The notes: generated by a model from the letters alone, not told the origin. A stretch of DNA of 64,000 nucleotides from an uncultured Desulfosarcina sp. (GCA_963674945.2 CAXXWQ010000003.1:480001-544000), one strand, 5' to 3'. Numbered from the stretch's first letter, positions 9,666 through 20,725 are shown. Program-made: numbers and translations.

Positions 9666-9881
9666 ATGGGATGGATCCGTATTCCCGGCCTGGCCGGAAG
9701 GGTGTATGTGCCGGACGATGACGACCGTTTCGTGAAAAAACACCCCTGTAAAACCTGCTTCTCCTGCCAATGGTGCGACGAAAACCGATGCCGCGTGTGC
9801 CGACAAGACAAAAAAGTAACGACCATCATCTCATCTCGACGATGCGCCACCACCTCTTATACACCCAAGGGAAGTGGTTAG
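9666..9881 (+). CDS. small Cys-rich protein (CxxCxxCxxCx4CxxC), putative metal/Fe-S binding
   Basis: GGAGG RBS; sequence HPCKTCFSCQWCDENRCRVC. Confidence 0.6.
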   Translation: MGWIRIPGLAGRVYVPDDDDRFVKKHPCKTCFSCQWCDENRCRVCRQDKKVTTIISSRRCATTSYTPKGSG

Positions 9882-10022
9882 CCGTTAGCACTTAGCTCTT
9901 ATCTGTTTATTATGGAACAATAATAATTTGTTATCATATTTGGTCGCACGCAAAGGTTGTTAATTTTCAAAATATGCTGCCGCTCGCCAACAGCTGAATG
10001 CTTGTTGCGCAACTCAATTTCC

Positions 10023-10958
10023 TCACCCATCGCTCAACTTGTCCCAAAACGCTTTTCCAGCATCCTGCTGCCGGTTCACGCCGGGAGGCGGCGGCGGAAC
10101 ATCACTTTGCGGACGGCCTCCCCGGAGACGACGAATGCGTTCTTCCATGGGGGGATGAGTGGAAAACAGGTTCTGAAGGCTTTTTCCCGACAGCGGGTTG
10201 ACAATAAACATGTGGGCCGTCGATGGATTGGCATTCATGGGAATCTGCCGGGCGTAGGCACCCAATTTTTCAAGTGCCGTCGCCAGACCTTCCGGACTTC
10301 CGGCGATCTTCGCACCGGTGGCATCGGCCAGGTACTCCCGGCTGCGGGATACGGCCATCTGAATGATCATGGCAGCCATGGGAGCGATGATGGCCATGAC
10401 GATGGTTCCGATGGCCCCCATCCCACCGCCGTTGTCATCGTCCCGGCCCAATCCACCGAACATTGCGGACCATCGTGCCATGGAGGCAAGCATCATGATG
10501 GCACCGGCCATGGTGGCGGCAACAGTGCCGATGAGAATATCCCTGTTCTTCACGTGGGCCATCTCATGGGCCAGCACCCCCATCACCTCGTTGGGATTCA
10601 TCCGGTTGAGGAGACCCTGGGTGACGGCCACCACGGCATGATCGGGATTTCGACCCGTGGCAAAAGCATTGGGCGCTTCCTGGGGGATGATGTACACCTT
10701 GGGCATGGGCAGACTCGCCTGCCGTGCCAGCGTCTGCACCATCCCATACAGTTCGGGCGCCTGTTGGGGTGTCGCTTCCCGTGCCTGGTACATCCGCAGT
10801 ACAATTTTATCCGAGTACCAGTAGCTGAAAAAATTCATTCCCGCGGCCAGCACCAGAGCGATGACCATTCCCTGGCGTCCACCCAGAAGGTTGCCGATAA
10901 TCACGATAAAAACCGTCATGACGGCCAACAAGAGTGTGGTTTTTAACTGGTTGCCCAT
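10023..10958 (-). CDS. htpX: zinc metalloprotease HtpX
   Basis: [15 protein letters not shown] (HExxH), [10 protein letters not shown] and [12 protein letters not shown] motifs. Confidence 0.95.
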   Translation of the reverse strand: MGNQLKTTLLLAVMTVFIVIIGNLLGGRQGMVIALVLAAGMNFFSYWYSDKIVLRMYQAREATPQQAPELYGMVQTLARQASLPMPKVYIIPQEAPNAFATGRNPDHAVVAVTQGLLNRMNPNEVMGVLAHEMAHVKNRDILIGTVAATMAGAIMMLASMARWSAMFGGLGRDDDNGGGMGAIGTIVMAIIAPMAAMIIQMAVSRSREYLADATGAKIAGSPEGLATALEKLGAYARQIPMNANPSTAHMFIVNPLSGKSLQNLFSTHPPMEERIRRLRGGRPQSDVPPPPPGVNRQQDAGKAFWDKLSDG

Positions 10959-10981
10959 GGATTTTTCCCTCCTTGCCGATA

Positions 10982-11031
10982 TTGACGGCTTCGTACAAAG
11001 TCCGATATCTGACTTTTTACGAGTTCGCCAA
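10982..11031. repeat. short palindromic element, internally deleted relative of the 20806-20932 element
   Basis: ttgacggcttcgtacaaagtc...gactttttacgagttcgccaa shares termini with the 20806-20932 element. Confidence 0.65.
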
Positions 11032-11236
11032 TCAGTTCAGTATCTTTGCATGTCCACCAAATATAACGCCGAATGGACCGAAGGCAATAGATACCTTACT
11101 TTCGGCAAATGCGATTACCCTGTAAACAAACGGTGTGAGACTTTACAACCACCTGTTTTGGTGTTAGATTTAGCGATCTGAACATTTGTGCCGCGCGAAT
11201 TCTAATCGAAACAGCAACAGGTTTTGGGGAGTCATC

Positions 11237-11689
11237 ATGGACTACATCAAAATTAAATTTGGCGGAAGTTTTGACCCCACCGGCAAAGGGCTGGGCAAAA
11301 CCATGCAGGATATTTTCCGGCCCCGCCCCGTTAATCCGATGTTTTCATCTCGAGAACACATGTGGACGCCACAGATGGACATCTACGAAACTCCGGAAGA
11401 AATCATGATATGGGCAGAAATCTCCGGTGTAGAGAAGGAGGACCTGGATCTGGAGATCAACTCCAGAGCAGTAAAAATCTCCGGTATTCGCAAAGAGATG
11501 CCCAGGGTTTCCAACGGCACCTATCGCCTCGCCGAAATTCAGTACGGCCGGTTTGAACGAATCTTATACCTGCCCTCGCCCGTTGACACGGATGTGGTCT
11601 CCTCCACGTACACCAATGGGCTGTTAAAAATCAGGATCGCCAAACTACGATTGGACCAGGTGCATCAGATTCCCATTAGCGACGAGTAG
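11237..11689 (+). CDS. Hsp20/alpha-crystallin small heat-shock protein
   Basis: PQMDIYET, ISGVEKEDL, EIQYGRFERILYLP and YTNGLLKI motifs; ATG 11237 follows GGGGAG. Confidence 0.92.
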   Translation: MDYIKIKFGGSFDPTGKGLGKTMQDIFRPRPVNPMFSSREHMWTPQMDIYETPEEIMIWAEISGVEKEDLDLEINSRAVKISGIRKEMPRVSNGTYRLAEIQYGRFERILYLPSPVDTDVVSSTYTNGLLKIRIAKLRLDQVHQIPISDE

Positions 11690-11772
11690 ACAAGCCATTG
11701 ATTCCTCTCATGGGGCCATCGATGCAAACAGACGGACATGGCCTCTTTCCATAGACCCTATAGGAGGGCGAA

Positions 11773-14124
11773 ATGAAAGACAAACAACCATCTTTGGACT
11801 ACAACACTGAAAATATACCGAAAGTGCTTCCCATCCTGCCGCTTTTCGATGCGACGCTATTTCCCAAAATGGTTCTTCCACTGGTGGTGATGAAAGGCGA
11901 GTCGGTCCAGCTGATCGATGAAGCCATGGCCAAGGATCGAATGATCGGTCTGGTGGTGGCGAAAAAGAAGGAAGACGTGAAACCGGATCCCGAAAGCGAC
12001 GATTTGGCCAAGGTAGGAACGGCTGCACTGATTCTAAAGATGGCCAAAACCGAAGATGACCGGGCCCAACTTCTCGTACAGGGCTTAAGCCGCTTCCGAG
12101 TGAAGTCCTTCATGGACGACAAACCGTATCTGATGGCAGAGGTCGAACACTTTTCCGACATCGATCACACAAATAAGGAAACCGAAGCGCTGATGGCCAA
12201 TGTCATCAAGCAGTTCGACCGCATTGTACAACTCTCTCCAGGCCTGCCCCAGGAGATGGGAGCCATGGCCAACTCCATCAAAGAACCCGGGACACTGGCT
12301 GACATGGTGGCGTCCACCATCAACTCTACGCCCGAGGAAAAGCAGCAGATTCTGGAAATTCAGGATTCCACAAAACGCCTCAAGGCGGTGACAAAACTGG
12401 TTCACCATCAATTGGAGATATTGGAGCTGGGCAACAAAATCCAGTCACAGGTGAAAGGTGACATGGACAAGCGCCAGCGAGAATACTACCTTCGCCAGCA
12501 GCTCAAGGCCATAAAGGAAGAGCTGGGTGAAACCGACGAGTCCACGGTGGAACTGGATGAGTATCGTGCAAAAATTACCGAGAAGAAACTACCGGAAGAA
12601 GCCGTAAAAGAGGCGGAGCGAGAACTGGACCGTCTGTCCCGCATGCATCCCTCGTCCGCCGAGTACACGGTTGCCATGACGTACCTGGACTGGCTCACCG
12701 AGCTTCCCTGGGCGGAAAGCACAAAGGATAATCTGGATATCAAAAAGGCACGGAAAGTACTCGACGATGACCACTTCGGATTGGAAAAACCGAAGCGGAG
12801 AATCATCGAGTACCTGGCGGTGAGGAAATTAAAACCCGACTCCAAAGGCCCAATCCTCTGCCTTGTGGGTCCTCCGGGAACCGGCAAGACCTCCTTGGGC
12901 AACTCCATTGCCCGTGCATTGGGGAGAAAATTCCATCGCATCTCCCTGGGCGGGGTCCGGGACGAGGCGGAAATTCGAGGACATCGGCGAACCTATGTGG
13001 GTGCCATGCCCGGCCGGATCATCCAGGGCCTGCGGCGGGCCGGCTCAAACAACCCCATCTTCATGCTGGACGAAATCGACAAGGTGGGATCCGATTTCAG
13101 GGGAGACCCCTCCTCGGCGCTTTTGGAGGTATTGGATCCGGAACAAAACTTCTCTTTTTCCGACCACTACCTGGATGTTCCCTTCGATCTGTCAAAGGTC
13201 ATGTTCATCACTACGGCCAATGTCCTGGACACCATTCCCTCGGCACTTCGGGATCGAATGGAGGTAATTGAACTGCTGGGCTACACGGAGGACGAGAAAG
13301 TCAAGATTGCAACCCGCTACCTGATTCCCCGGCAACGGGAGGCCCACGGACTCAAGGCCAGTCAGATCAGCATCACCACCGGTGCCATTCGACGCATCAT
13401 CTCCGGCTACACCAGGGAAGCCGGCCTTAGAAATCTGGAACGGGAGATCGCCACGATCTGCCGGGGTGTTGCCGCAAAAATCGCCGAGGGTAAAATCAAG
13501 AAGGCGACCATCAAAATCGACGACGTGGCCGAATTCTTGGGGCCTGTGAAGCTTCAGCCGGAAACCAAAGCCCGAATGACCACGCCCGGGGTTGCCATGG
13601 GGTTGGCCTGGACCCCCACCGGCGGCGATCTCTTGTTCATCGAAGCCACGGCCATGAAAGGCAAAAAGAACCTCACCCTGACCGGTCAATTGGGCGATGT
13701 GATGAAAGAATCGGCCACGGCGGCCTTGAGTTTCATCCGCGCCAATGCAAAGCGCCTGGGAGTGGATGAGGCTTTCTTCGAAAATCACGATCTTCATATA
13801 CATGTACCCGCAGGCGCCATTCCCAAGGATGGACCATCGGCCGGTGTTACCATGCTCACGGCACTCACCTCCCTGCTGAAGAACAAACCCATACAAAAGG
13901 ATCTTGCCATGACCGGAGAGATCACGCTGCGGGGTCAGGTGCTTCCCGTGGGTGGAATCAAGGAGAAAGTGCTGGCCGCACACCGGGCCGGTATCAAGAC
14001 CATCTTGCTGCCGCAGTGGAATGAAAAGGATTTGATGGACATCCCCAAAAAGGTTCGCGACGATATCCAATTCCATTTTCTCAGCAAAATGATGGATGTG
14101 CTGAAGATCGCCATCAAGGAGTGA
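11773..14124 (+). CDS. lon: ATP-dependent protease Lon
   Basis: LON N domain, [27 protein letters not shown] (catalytic Ser) and GGIKEK motifs. Confidence 0.97.
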   Translation: MKDKQPSLDYNTENIPKVLPILPLFDATLFPKMVLPLVVMKGESVQLIDEAMAKDRMIGLVVAKKKEDVKPDPESDDLAKVGTAALILKMAKTEDDRAQLLVQGLSRFRVKSFMDDKPYLMAEVEHFSDIDHTNKETEALMANVIKQFDRIVQLSPGLPQEMGAMANSIKEPGTLADMVASTINSTPEEKQQILEIQDSTKRLKAVTKLVHHQLEILELGNKIQSQVKGDMDKRQREYYLRQQLKAIKEELGETDESTVELDEYRAKITEKKLPEEAVKEAERELDRLSRMHPSSAEYTVAMTYLDWLTELPWAESTKDNLDIKKARKVLDDDHFGLEKPKRRIIEYLAVRKLKPDSKGPILCLVGPPGTGKTSLGNSIARALGRKFHRISLGGVRDEAEIRGHRRTYVGAMPGRIIQGLRRAGSNNPIFMLDEIDKVGSDFRGDPSSALLEVLDPEQNFSFSDHYLDVPFDLSKVMFITTANVLDTIPSALRDRMEVIELLGYTEDEKVKIATRYLIPRQREAHGLKASQISITTGAIRRIISGYTREAGLRNLEREIATICRGVAAKIAEGKIKKATIKIDDVAEFLGPVKLQPETKARMTTPGVAMGLAWTPTGGDLLFIEATAMKGKKNLTLTGQLGDVMKESATAALSFIRANAKRLGVDEAFFENHDLHIHVPAGAIPKDGPSAGVTMLTALTSLLKNKPIQKDLAMTGEITLRGQVLPVGGIKEKVLAAHRAGIKTILLPQWNEKDLMDIPKKVRDDIQFHFLSKMMDVLKIAIKE

Positions 14125-14182
14125 TCCGGATCCGATACGGCACCCAGACACGGTACACCAAACACAGTACAATCGATCGACG

Positions 14183-14956
14183 ATGAATCAAAAAGACTGG
14201 CGACCCGATATCCGGCAGGAAGACGACAACCGATCCTTTTGGATGATCGCCTGGTGTCTGCTGGCCCTATTCATGATGCAGGCCTGCGCCGCGCCGCCGC
14301 CGCCCCCAGAAACGCCCAAGGACCACCCCAAACCCTATCGGGTGTATGGAACCTGGTACAAGCCCATACCCCATGCCAGGGGGTTTTCCCAGCGTGGCGT
14401 CGCTTCCTGGTACGGCGAGAAATTCCATGGACGCAGGACCTCAAGTGGCGAAATCTATAATATGTATGCCATGACGGCGGCCCATAAGACCCTGCCGCTG
14501 GGCACATGGGTCCAGGTTCGCCATATCGACAGCGGCCAGACCATCAAGGTCCGCATCAACGACCGGGGGCCCTTTGTTCACGGCCGTATCATCGATCTCT
14601 CCTATGCCGGTGCAAAAGCCTTGAACATGGTGGGCCCCGGCACGGCCGAGGTGGAGATCGTTGCCCTGGGGCAGCGCCAATCATCGGCATCCGGAGACAC
14701 CTTCGTACCCATGGACTATTACACAGGAAAATTCACCTTCCAGGTGGGAGCCTTTTCCAGCCGGGAGAATGCGGAACGTCTTCGGGCGAAACTGGACGGA
14801 GTTTTCGAAAATACCCATGTGACCGCCTATGACCGCGGCGATGCCATCTTTTACCGGGTCCGTGTGGGCAGATGCAACGATCTGGAATCCGCCGATAATA
14901 TGGAACGGCAACTGATCCGCAGCGGTTATCCCGATGCGTTTATTGTTGCCGAATAA
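14183..14956 (+). CDS. rlpA: septal ring lytic transglycosylase RlpA with SPOR domain (lipoprotein)
   Basis: Lipobox-like QAC; GVASWYG, TAAHKTLP and INDRGPFV..RIIDLS motifs; C-terminal QVGAF SPOR domain. Confidence 0.92.
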   Translation: MNQKDWRPDIRQEDDNRSFWMIAWCLLALFMMQACAAPPPPPETPKDHPKPYRVYGTWYKPIPHARGFSQRGVASWYGEKFHGRRTSSGEIYNMYAMTAAHKTLPLGTWVQVRHIDSGQTIKVRINDRGPFVHGRIIDLSYAGAKALNMVGPGTAEVEIVALGQRQSSASGDTFVPMDYYTGKFTFQVGAFSSRENAERLRAKLDGVFENTHVTAYDRGDAIFYRVRVGRCNDLESADNMERQLIRSGYPDAFIVAE

Positions 14957-14960
14957 ATAT

Positions 14961-15038
14961 TCGGTTCTCAGTTCTCGGTTCTCAGTTCGTGGACTCTTGA
15001 ACCTTGAACCGAGAACTGTGAACGGGGAACCGTGAACC
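14961..15038. repeat. inverted heptamer tandem-repeat array
   Basis: (tcggttc tcagttc)x2 followed by ttgaacc ttgaacc gagaact gtgaacg gggaacc gtgaacc. Confidence 0.75.
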
Positions 15039-15601
15039 CCATGCCTGGTATTTCAACCGTTTTTTTGGACCGCGACGGCGTCATCAACGTCGATTCACCT
15101 GACTTCATCAAGTCCTGGGCCGAATTTCATTTCATCCCGAAAAGCATAGAGGCCATCCGTCGCCTCACCGAAGCCGGAATCAGGGTGATCGTCATCACCA
15201 ACCAATCGGCAGTCCACCGGAGAATGATCACACTTGCAAGTCTGGAAGAAATGCATCGAAATATGTGCCAGGCCGTAGAAGAGGCGGGTGGCCGCATCCA
15301 GGATATCTTTTTCTGCCCCCATCTCCCCGACGAGGGGTGTGACTGCCGGAAACCTGCGCCGGGAATGATCCTGGCCGCCTGCCATCGCCATGGAATCGAT
15401 ATTGCCGAAAGCGTCATGGTCGGCGACAGCGCCAAGGATATCCTGACCGCAAAAACCGCCGGATGCGGCCTTTCCGTCCTGGTTCAGACCGGAAACGGCA
15501 AGCGGGCCGAACAAATTTTACGGGATCAAGGCCGGCAGCCCGATCACATCGCCGCAGATTTAGACCAGGCGGTCGACTGGATCATCGGGTATCATCCATG
15601 A
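15032..15601 (+). CDS. gmhB: D-glycero-D-manno-heptose 1,7-bisphosphate phosphatase
   Basis: FLDRDGVIN, ITNQS, CPH..CDCRKP and MVGDSAKD HAD motifs. The start may be ATG 15041. Confidence 0.88.
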   Translation: MNPMPGISTVFLDRDGVINVDSPDFIKSWAEFHFIPKSIEAIRRLTEAGIRVIVITNQSAVHRRMITLASLEEMHRNMCQAVEEAGGRIQDIFFCPHLPDEGCDCRKPAPGMILAACHRHGIDIAESVMVGDSAKDILTAKTAGCGLSVLVQTGNGKRAEQILRDQGRQPDHIAADLDQAVDWIIGYHP

Positions 15602-17784
15602 CATCACCCCCGACCATCACCCTCACCGGCCGAATCCAGAAAATCACCTATTACAACCGCGACAACCATTTTGCCATCATTCGGTTGCGCACCGATGAGA
15701 ATGAGAGCACCATCACGATCAAGGGAACCATGCCCGATCCCAAGGCCGGAGAATCGGTACGGGTGAGCGGAGTCTGGGAAAACCACTTTCGCTATGGACA
15801 GCAGTTTCGCTTCTCGCATTTCACCGAGGCGCTTCCGGCAACGGTGGCGGGCATCCGCGGTTATCTGGCATCGGGTTTCATAAAGGGCATCGGCCCGCGC
15901 TTGGTGGAACGAATCATCGACCGTTTCGGTGCCGAGACCTTGACGGTGATCGAGACGGCCCCGCATCGTCTTACCGAGGTAAACGGCGTCGGGAAAAAAA
16001 TATCGGACCGCATCGCCGATGCGTGGCAGTCCCACCATGTGGCAAGACAATTGGTCCGTTTCCTTGAGGAAATCGGAGTGGACACCGCCCACGCCGCCCG
16101 CCTTCTCAAGACCTATGGTAAACATGTGATCGACATCTTGTGTGGCGATCCCTACCGGGTGGTGGAGGATCTTCCCCGCATCGGCTTTCCCATCGCGGAC
16201 GCCATCGCCCGCAGGGCCGATACGCCGTTGGATGAGACGGATCGTGCCAAAGCGTGCATCCTGCACCTGTTGGAACGTGCCGTGGACCGGGGCCACGCCT
16301 TCATGGCCCAAGACCGGCTATTGGATCGATGCGGATCCGAATTTCACATTGATCCCGAGACGGCAGCGGCCGCCCTGGACCACCTGGTCCAGGGCGGCGA
16401 ACTGGTGGTAACGAAGGCAGGCGAAGAATCCGCTTCACCACTGGTTTATCCCAGAATGCTTCACGAATCCGAGTTGATTATCGCCCGCCGCATCGGTGCC
16501 ATGCAGACCGTTACCGCCACGATCTCTTTGCCGGATCAAAAATGGATACGAAAAGAGATCACCAAGAAGCTGTCCATCTCCCTGTCACCTTCGCAACAGG
16601 AGATCCTTTTCCAATTGCTGACCCACAAGGTGTCCATCGTTACCGGCGGTCCCGGTACGGGAAAGACCACATTGATCCGCTCCATCAACGCAGTCATGGA
16701 ACGCATGGGGCATCGTGTGGCGCTGATGGCGCCCACGGGTCGTGCCGCCCGTCGTCTTGCCGAAGTGGCCCGCAGACAGGCGGTGACCCTGCACAAGGCA
16801 TTGGGGTACAACTTGTCCGATGGAAGGTTCGATCGCTCCGAAGATTCGCCCCTGGAGGCCGACGTAGTCATCGTGGATGAAGCCTCCATGGTGGACACGA
16901 TGCTCATGGCGCAACTTCTCCGGGCTGTTCCCGTTTCCTCCATCTTCATCCTCGTGGGCGATGTGTGTCAACTTCCTTCCGTGGGTCCGGGCAGCGTTCT
17001 GGCAGACATGATCCGCTCCCAATGCATTCCCACCTTCGAATTGACGCAAATCTTTCGCCAGGACGAACAAAGCACCATCGTGATAAATGCCCATCGGGTT
17101 CGAAATGGTGCGCCACCGATCCTCGTGCATCCCGAAAGCTCCGATGAACCGTCCGATTTTGTATTTATCGAACAGCCCCATCCGGACCGGATTGTTGAGA
17201 CCATCGTCGATCTGTGCACAAGGGAGATCCCCCACCGTTTCCGATTGGATCCCATCCGAGACATCCAGGTGCTCACCCCCATGCACCGTGGCTCGGTCGG
17301 TACGATGAACCTCAACCGCCGTCTTCAGGAAGCGCAGAACACCTGCGGTACGCAGGTGACCGTCATGGGCAATCGTTTCAAGGTGGGAGACAAGGTGATG
17401 CACCTGAAAAACAACTACGCCAAGGAGGTGTTCAACGGCGACATCGGCATCCTTTACGGCGTGGATCCGGATCACGAACGGGCGGAGGTGGACTTCGACG
17501 GCCGCATCGTCGGTTATGATTTTATCGAAATGGAGGAGTTGGCCCTGGCTTATGCCATCAGCGTTCACAAATCACAGGGATCGGAGTACCCGGCGGTGGT
17601 GATCCCGCTGGTGACCCAACACTACATCATGCTCCAGCGGAATCTGCTTTACACGGCGTTGACCCGGGGCAAAAAACTGGTGGTTATGGTGGGCACGACA
17701 AAGGCCCTGCACATTGCCTTGGAAAACAATCGCCCCCTTGAGAGGCGTTCCATGCTTTCCCAGCGGTTAAACCGGCAAGAATGA
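15598..17784 (+). CDS. recD2: ATP-dependent RecD2-like DNA helicase
   Basis: N-terminal OB and HhH regions (GIGP, GVGKK); GGPGTGKTT, DEASM, GDVCQLPSVG, HKSQGSE and YTALTRGK motifs; ATGA overlap with gmhB. Confidence 0.93.
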   Translation: MTSPPTITLTGRIQKITYYNRDNHFAIIRLRTDENESTITIKGTMPDPKAGESVRVSGVWENHFRYGQQFRFSHFTEALPATVAGIRGYLASGFIKGIGPRLVERIIDRFGAETLTVIETAPHRLTEVNGVGKKISDRIADAWQSHHVARQLVRFLEEIGVDTAHAARLLKTYGKHVIDILCGDPYRVVEDLPRIGFPIADAIARRADTPLDETDRAKACILHLLERAVDRGHAFMAQDRLLDRCGSEFHIDPETAAAALDHLVQGGELVVTKAGEESASPLVYPRMLHESELIIARRIGAMQTVTATISLPDQKWIRKEITKKLSISLSPSQQEILFQLLTHKVSIVTGGPGTGKTTLIRSINAVMERMGHRVALMAPTGRAARRLAEVARRQAVTLHKALGYNLSDGRFDRSEDSPLEADVVIVDEASMVDTMLMAQLLRAVPVSSIFILVGDVCQLPSVGPGSVLADMIRSQCIPTFELTQIFRQDEQSTIVINAHRVRNGAPPILVHPESSDEPSDFVFIEQPHPDRIVETIVDLCTREIPHRFRLDPIRDIQVLTPMHRGSVGTMNLNRRLQEAQNTCGTQVTVMGNRFKVGDKVMHLKNNYAKEVFNGDIGILYGVDPDHERAEVDFDGRIVGYDFIEMEELALAYAISVHKSQGSEYPAVVIPLVTQHYIMLQRNLLYTALTRGKKLVVMVGTTKALHIALENNRPLERRSMLSQRLNRQE

Positions 17785-17793
17785 TGAAGACCA

Positions 17794-18255
17794 TCATCCT
17801 TTGTCGGTATCGCCCTTGTCGGTATCGCCTTTGTCCGAATCGGTGGAATTTGCCGGTGGGACGGGAAATTTGTAGAAATTGATTCCTTCGGCCCGAAGGG
17901 TCTCTTCTTCCTGGGGCGTGCTGACGCCACGAATGTTTCTTCGTTCACTCACCCCGTAATGCATCTTCAGCGCCTCCTCGGCGAAATCGGCGCCGACATT
18001 GTCGAAATTTTTCTCCACATATTCGACGATCCGTTTTCCCATGGCCGCATAATAATCAATATTTCTATTCGTCACAGAAGGGCTTGTGGTTGCCCCTTTG
18101 ATGGCAAAAGTGGAAGGAATTTTCGAAACGATATTGCAATCACAGACCGGGCATGCAATAAAACCTTGCTCCTGTTGCCGATCGAATGACTCACTGTCTT
18201 CGAACCAACCTTCGAACCGGTGTCCATTTTCACATTGTAGGTCGTAAGCGATCAT
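17794..18255 (-). CDS. DUF1178-family protein
   Basis: MIAYDLQCENGHRFEGWF, CPVC and NVGADFAEEALKMHYG motifs. Confidence 0.88.
   Translation of the reverse strand: MIAYDLQCENGHRFEGWFEDSESFDRQQEQGFIACPVCDCNIVSKIPSTFAIKGATTSPSVTNRNIDYYAAMGKRIVEYVEKNFDNVGADFAEEALKMHYGVSERRNIRGVSTPQEEETLRAEGINFYKFPVPPANSTDSDKGDTDKGDTDKG
17798..17842. repeat. 15-nt tandem repeat x3 encoding D(S/T)DKG at the DUF1178 C-terminus
   Basis: cctttgtcggtatcg / cccttgtcggtatcg / cctttgtccgaatcg. Confidence 0.85.
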
Positions 18256-18411
18256 GAATCCTTCACCTGCCTGTTTCTGTTACGCTTTTTGAATTATCAC
18301 AGCCGGTGGCGTTTGAAAAGAAATTATTGACAGACGATCGTATTTCAACTCAAAATGGATTCGTTTTTTCCCTTACCAATTAACAACAACGCAAGACGGA
18401 TGGAGTGAAAA

Positions 18412-19083
18412 GTGGCGAAGAATACCTTGAAGGTGATGTCTTGGATCGTTCCCATCGTTCTATTGATAACCATAACAACCGGATTTGCGGAAAACTATTA
18501 CGTGACGGACGATTTCGAGATCACCTTGCGATCGGGTCCGGGAACGGATCGAAAGATCCTGTCTCTCATAGATAGCGGCAAGGCATTGACATTAAAAGAA
18601 AAAGGGGATGATTGGTCCCTGGTTCAAACCTCCACGGGCAAAGAGGGATGGGTACTCAACCGATACCTCACCACCAAAGAGCCCTGCGCCATGGTATTGG
18701 AACGGGTAAGACAGGACTACGATGTCATGTCCGCGAAGTTTCAGGACTTGAAGTCGAATTTCGACGAACTGAACAAGGAAAAGAAATCCACAGACACGAA
18801 TCTGTCCCAAAGTCGCCAGGAACGCGATGAACTCGACGTCGCCTATCAAAAGTTGAAAAAGGAGTCCGCCGATTACCTGAATCTGAAAAAACGACACCAG
18901 CAGATGGTGTCCGACCTGGAGGCCGAGAAGACACGTTCCGCCAAACTGGAGGAGGAGAACATGCAGATGAAGAGAAGCCGCATCATCCAGTGGGTACTCA
19001 CCGGAGGCGGGATCATGCTCGTGGGCTTTTTCATCGGCCTCTTCAGTTCCAGCCGACGCAAACCCCGATCCTCACTGTACTGA
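18412..19083 (+). CDS. SH3-domain protein (YgiM/TIGR04211-like)
   Basis: Signal peptide; YVTD..ITLRSGPG and EGWV SH3b motifs; coiled coil; C-terminal transmembrane helix with basic tail. Confidence 0.85.
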   Translation: MAKNTLKVMSWIVPIVLLITITTGFAENYYVTDDFEITLRSGPGTDRKILSLIDSGKALTLKEKGDDWSLVQTSTGKEGWVLNRYLTTKEPCAMVLERVRQDYDVMSAKFQDLKSNFDELNKEKKSTDTNLSQSRQERDELDVAYQKLKKESADYLNLKKRHQQMVSDLEAEKTRSAKLEEENMQMKRSRIIQWVLTGGGIMLVGFFIGLFSSSRRKPRSSLY

Positions 19084-19084
19084 T

Positions 19085-20725
19085 ATGGACTCTCAAACCG
19101 ATTTTCTGATCATCGGCAGCGGAATCGCCGGATTGATGTTCGCACTGAAGGTGGCCCGGGACAGAACGGTTGCCATCGTCACGAAAAAACAGGCCGTGGA
19201 CAGCAACACCAATCTGGCGCAAGGCGGCATCGCCTCGGTATTCGACCGGGATGACTCCTTCGATCTGCACATCCAGGACACCTTGAATGCCGGGGACGGG
19301 CTTTGCAATCCGGACGTGGTTCGACAGGTCGTGGAAGGCGGTCCCGAACGGATTCGGGAACTGTTGACCAAGGGCGTTCAATTTAACGCCCGTGGAGACG
19401 AAGCGTTCGATGAGAAGAGCGCTGTATTTCATCTGGGGCGCGAGGGGGGACATTCGCGCAACCGCATCGTCCACGCCCACGACATGACCGGCAAGGAGGT
19501 AGAGCGGGTATTATTGGCCGAGGCCAGAAAAAACAAGAATATCCGGTTTTACGAAAACCACATGGCCGTTGATTTGATCACCTTTTCCACCCGCATCAAA
19601 CGAGGCCTGGTCACCACAACCCATGAGGATTACTGTTGCGGAGCGTATGTCCTGGATCGCAAAACCCGCCGGGTGAGGAGCTTCGGTGCCGGCATCACCC
19701 TTTTGGCCACCGGCGGCGCGGGCAAGGTCTACCTGTACACCAGCAATCCGGATATCGCCACCGGCGACGGCATCGCAATGGGGTATCGTGCCGGTGCGAC
19801 GGTGGCCAACCTGGAGTTCGTCCAGTTCCATCCCACCTGCCTCTTTCACCCGGCTGCGAAAAATTTCCTTATATCGGAGGCGGTCCGCGGTGAAGGGGGA
19901 TGCCTGAAGGATGCCGAAGGAAATCCCTTCATGGGAAGATACGATTCCAAAAAGGACCTGGCCTGCCGGGATGTCGTGGCCCGGGCCATCGACAACGAGC
20001 TCAAGCGAACGGGTCAGGACAGCGTGTTTCTGGACATCTCTCACAGGCCCGCAGACTTCATCACCAGCCGTTTTCCAAACCTGTATGAAAAGTGTCGCAC
20101 CTTTGGCATCGACATGACCAAAGAACCGATACCGGTTGTACCGGCCGCCCACTACATGTGTGGCGGCGTGGTCACGGACATGTTGGGTCGAACGGATATC
20201 AATCGTCTCTACGCCGTGGGAGAAACGGCGTGTACCGGTCTTCACGGCGCCAATCGCCTGGCAAGCAACTCTCTGCTGGAAGCGCTGGTCTATGCAGATG
20301 TCGGGGCCCGAAAGGCCCTTACGGATCTTGGCGAAAATGGTAACGGCGCCCTTCCGGACATTCCTGACTGGGATGATGTGGGCACCACGGACAGCGACGA
20401 AGAGATCATGGTTGCCCACAATTGGGACGAAATCCGCCGTCTCATGTGGAACTACGTGGGCATCGTCCGGTCGGACAAGCGCCTGGCACGTGCCAAACGC
20501 CGGATCGATACCATTCAGAATGAAATCCGGGAATATTACTGGAATTTCAAGATCTCGCCCGATCTTATCGAACTGAGGAACATCGCCACGGTCGCCGAGT
20601 TGATCATTGAATGCGCGATCCACCGAAAGGAGAGCCGCGGTCTTCACTATAACATCGGCTATCCGGATCGGGACGATTCCCGGTGGCGTAAGGATACGGT
20701 GATCCGGCGGCAGATCGTCGGATAA
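19085..20725 (+). CDS. nadB: L-aspartate oxidase
   Basis: GSGIAG, AQGGIA, REGGHS, EFVQFHPT, LISEAVRGEG, HGANRLASNSLLE and ESRGLH motifs. Confidence 0.96.
   Translation: MDSQTDFLIIGSGIAGLMFALKVARDRTVAIVTKKQAVDSNTNLAQGGIASVFDRDDSFDLHIQDTLNAGDGLCNPDVVRQVVEGGPERIRELLTKGVQFNARGDEAFDEKSAVFHLGREGGHSRNRIVHAHDMTGKEVERVLLAEARKNKNIRFYENHMAVDLITFSTRIKRGLVTTTHEDYCCGAYVLDRKTRRVRSFGAGITLLATGGAGKVYLYTSNPDIATGDGIAMGYRAGATVANLEFVQFHPTCLFHPAAKNFLISEAVRGEGGCLKDAEGNPFMGRYDSKKDLACRDVVARAIDNELKRTGQDSVFLDISHRPADFITSRFPNLYEKCRTFGIDMTKEPIPVVPAAHYMCGGVVTDMLGRTDINRLYAVGETACTGLHGANRLASNSLLEALVYADVGARKALTDLGENGNGALPDIPDWDDVGTTDSDEEIMVAHNWDEIRRLMWNYVGIVRSDKRLARAKRRIDTIQNEIREYYWNFKISPDLIELRNIATVAELIIECAIHRKESRGLHYNIGYPDRDDSRWRKDTVIRRQIVG

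Noticed and set aside
9885..9912. TTAGCACT resembling a CIRCE half-site near heat-shock genes
   Set aside because: The second half-site GAGTGCTAA is absent, it lies downstream of htpX, and it is part of a heptamer array.
14961..15038. Possible CRISPR array in the short repeat clusters
   Set aside because: The units are 7 nt and contiguous with no unique spacers, and no cas genes are present.
15463..15597. N-terminal extension of recD2
   Set aside because: It lies inside gmhB; ATG 15598 overlapping the gmhB stop is the more plausible start.
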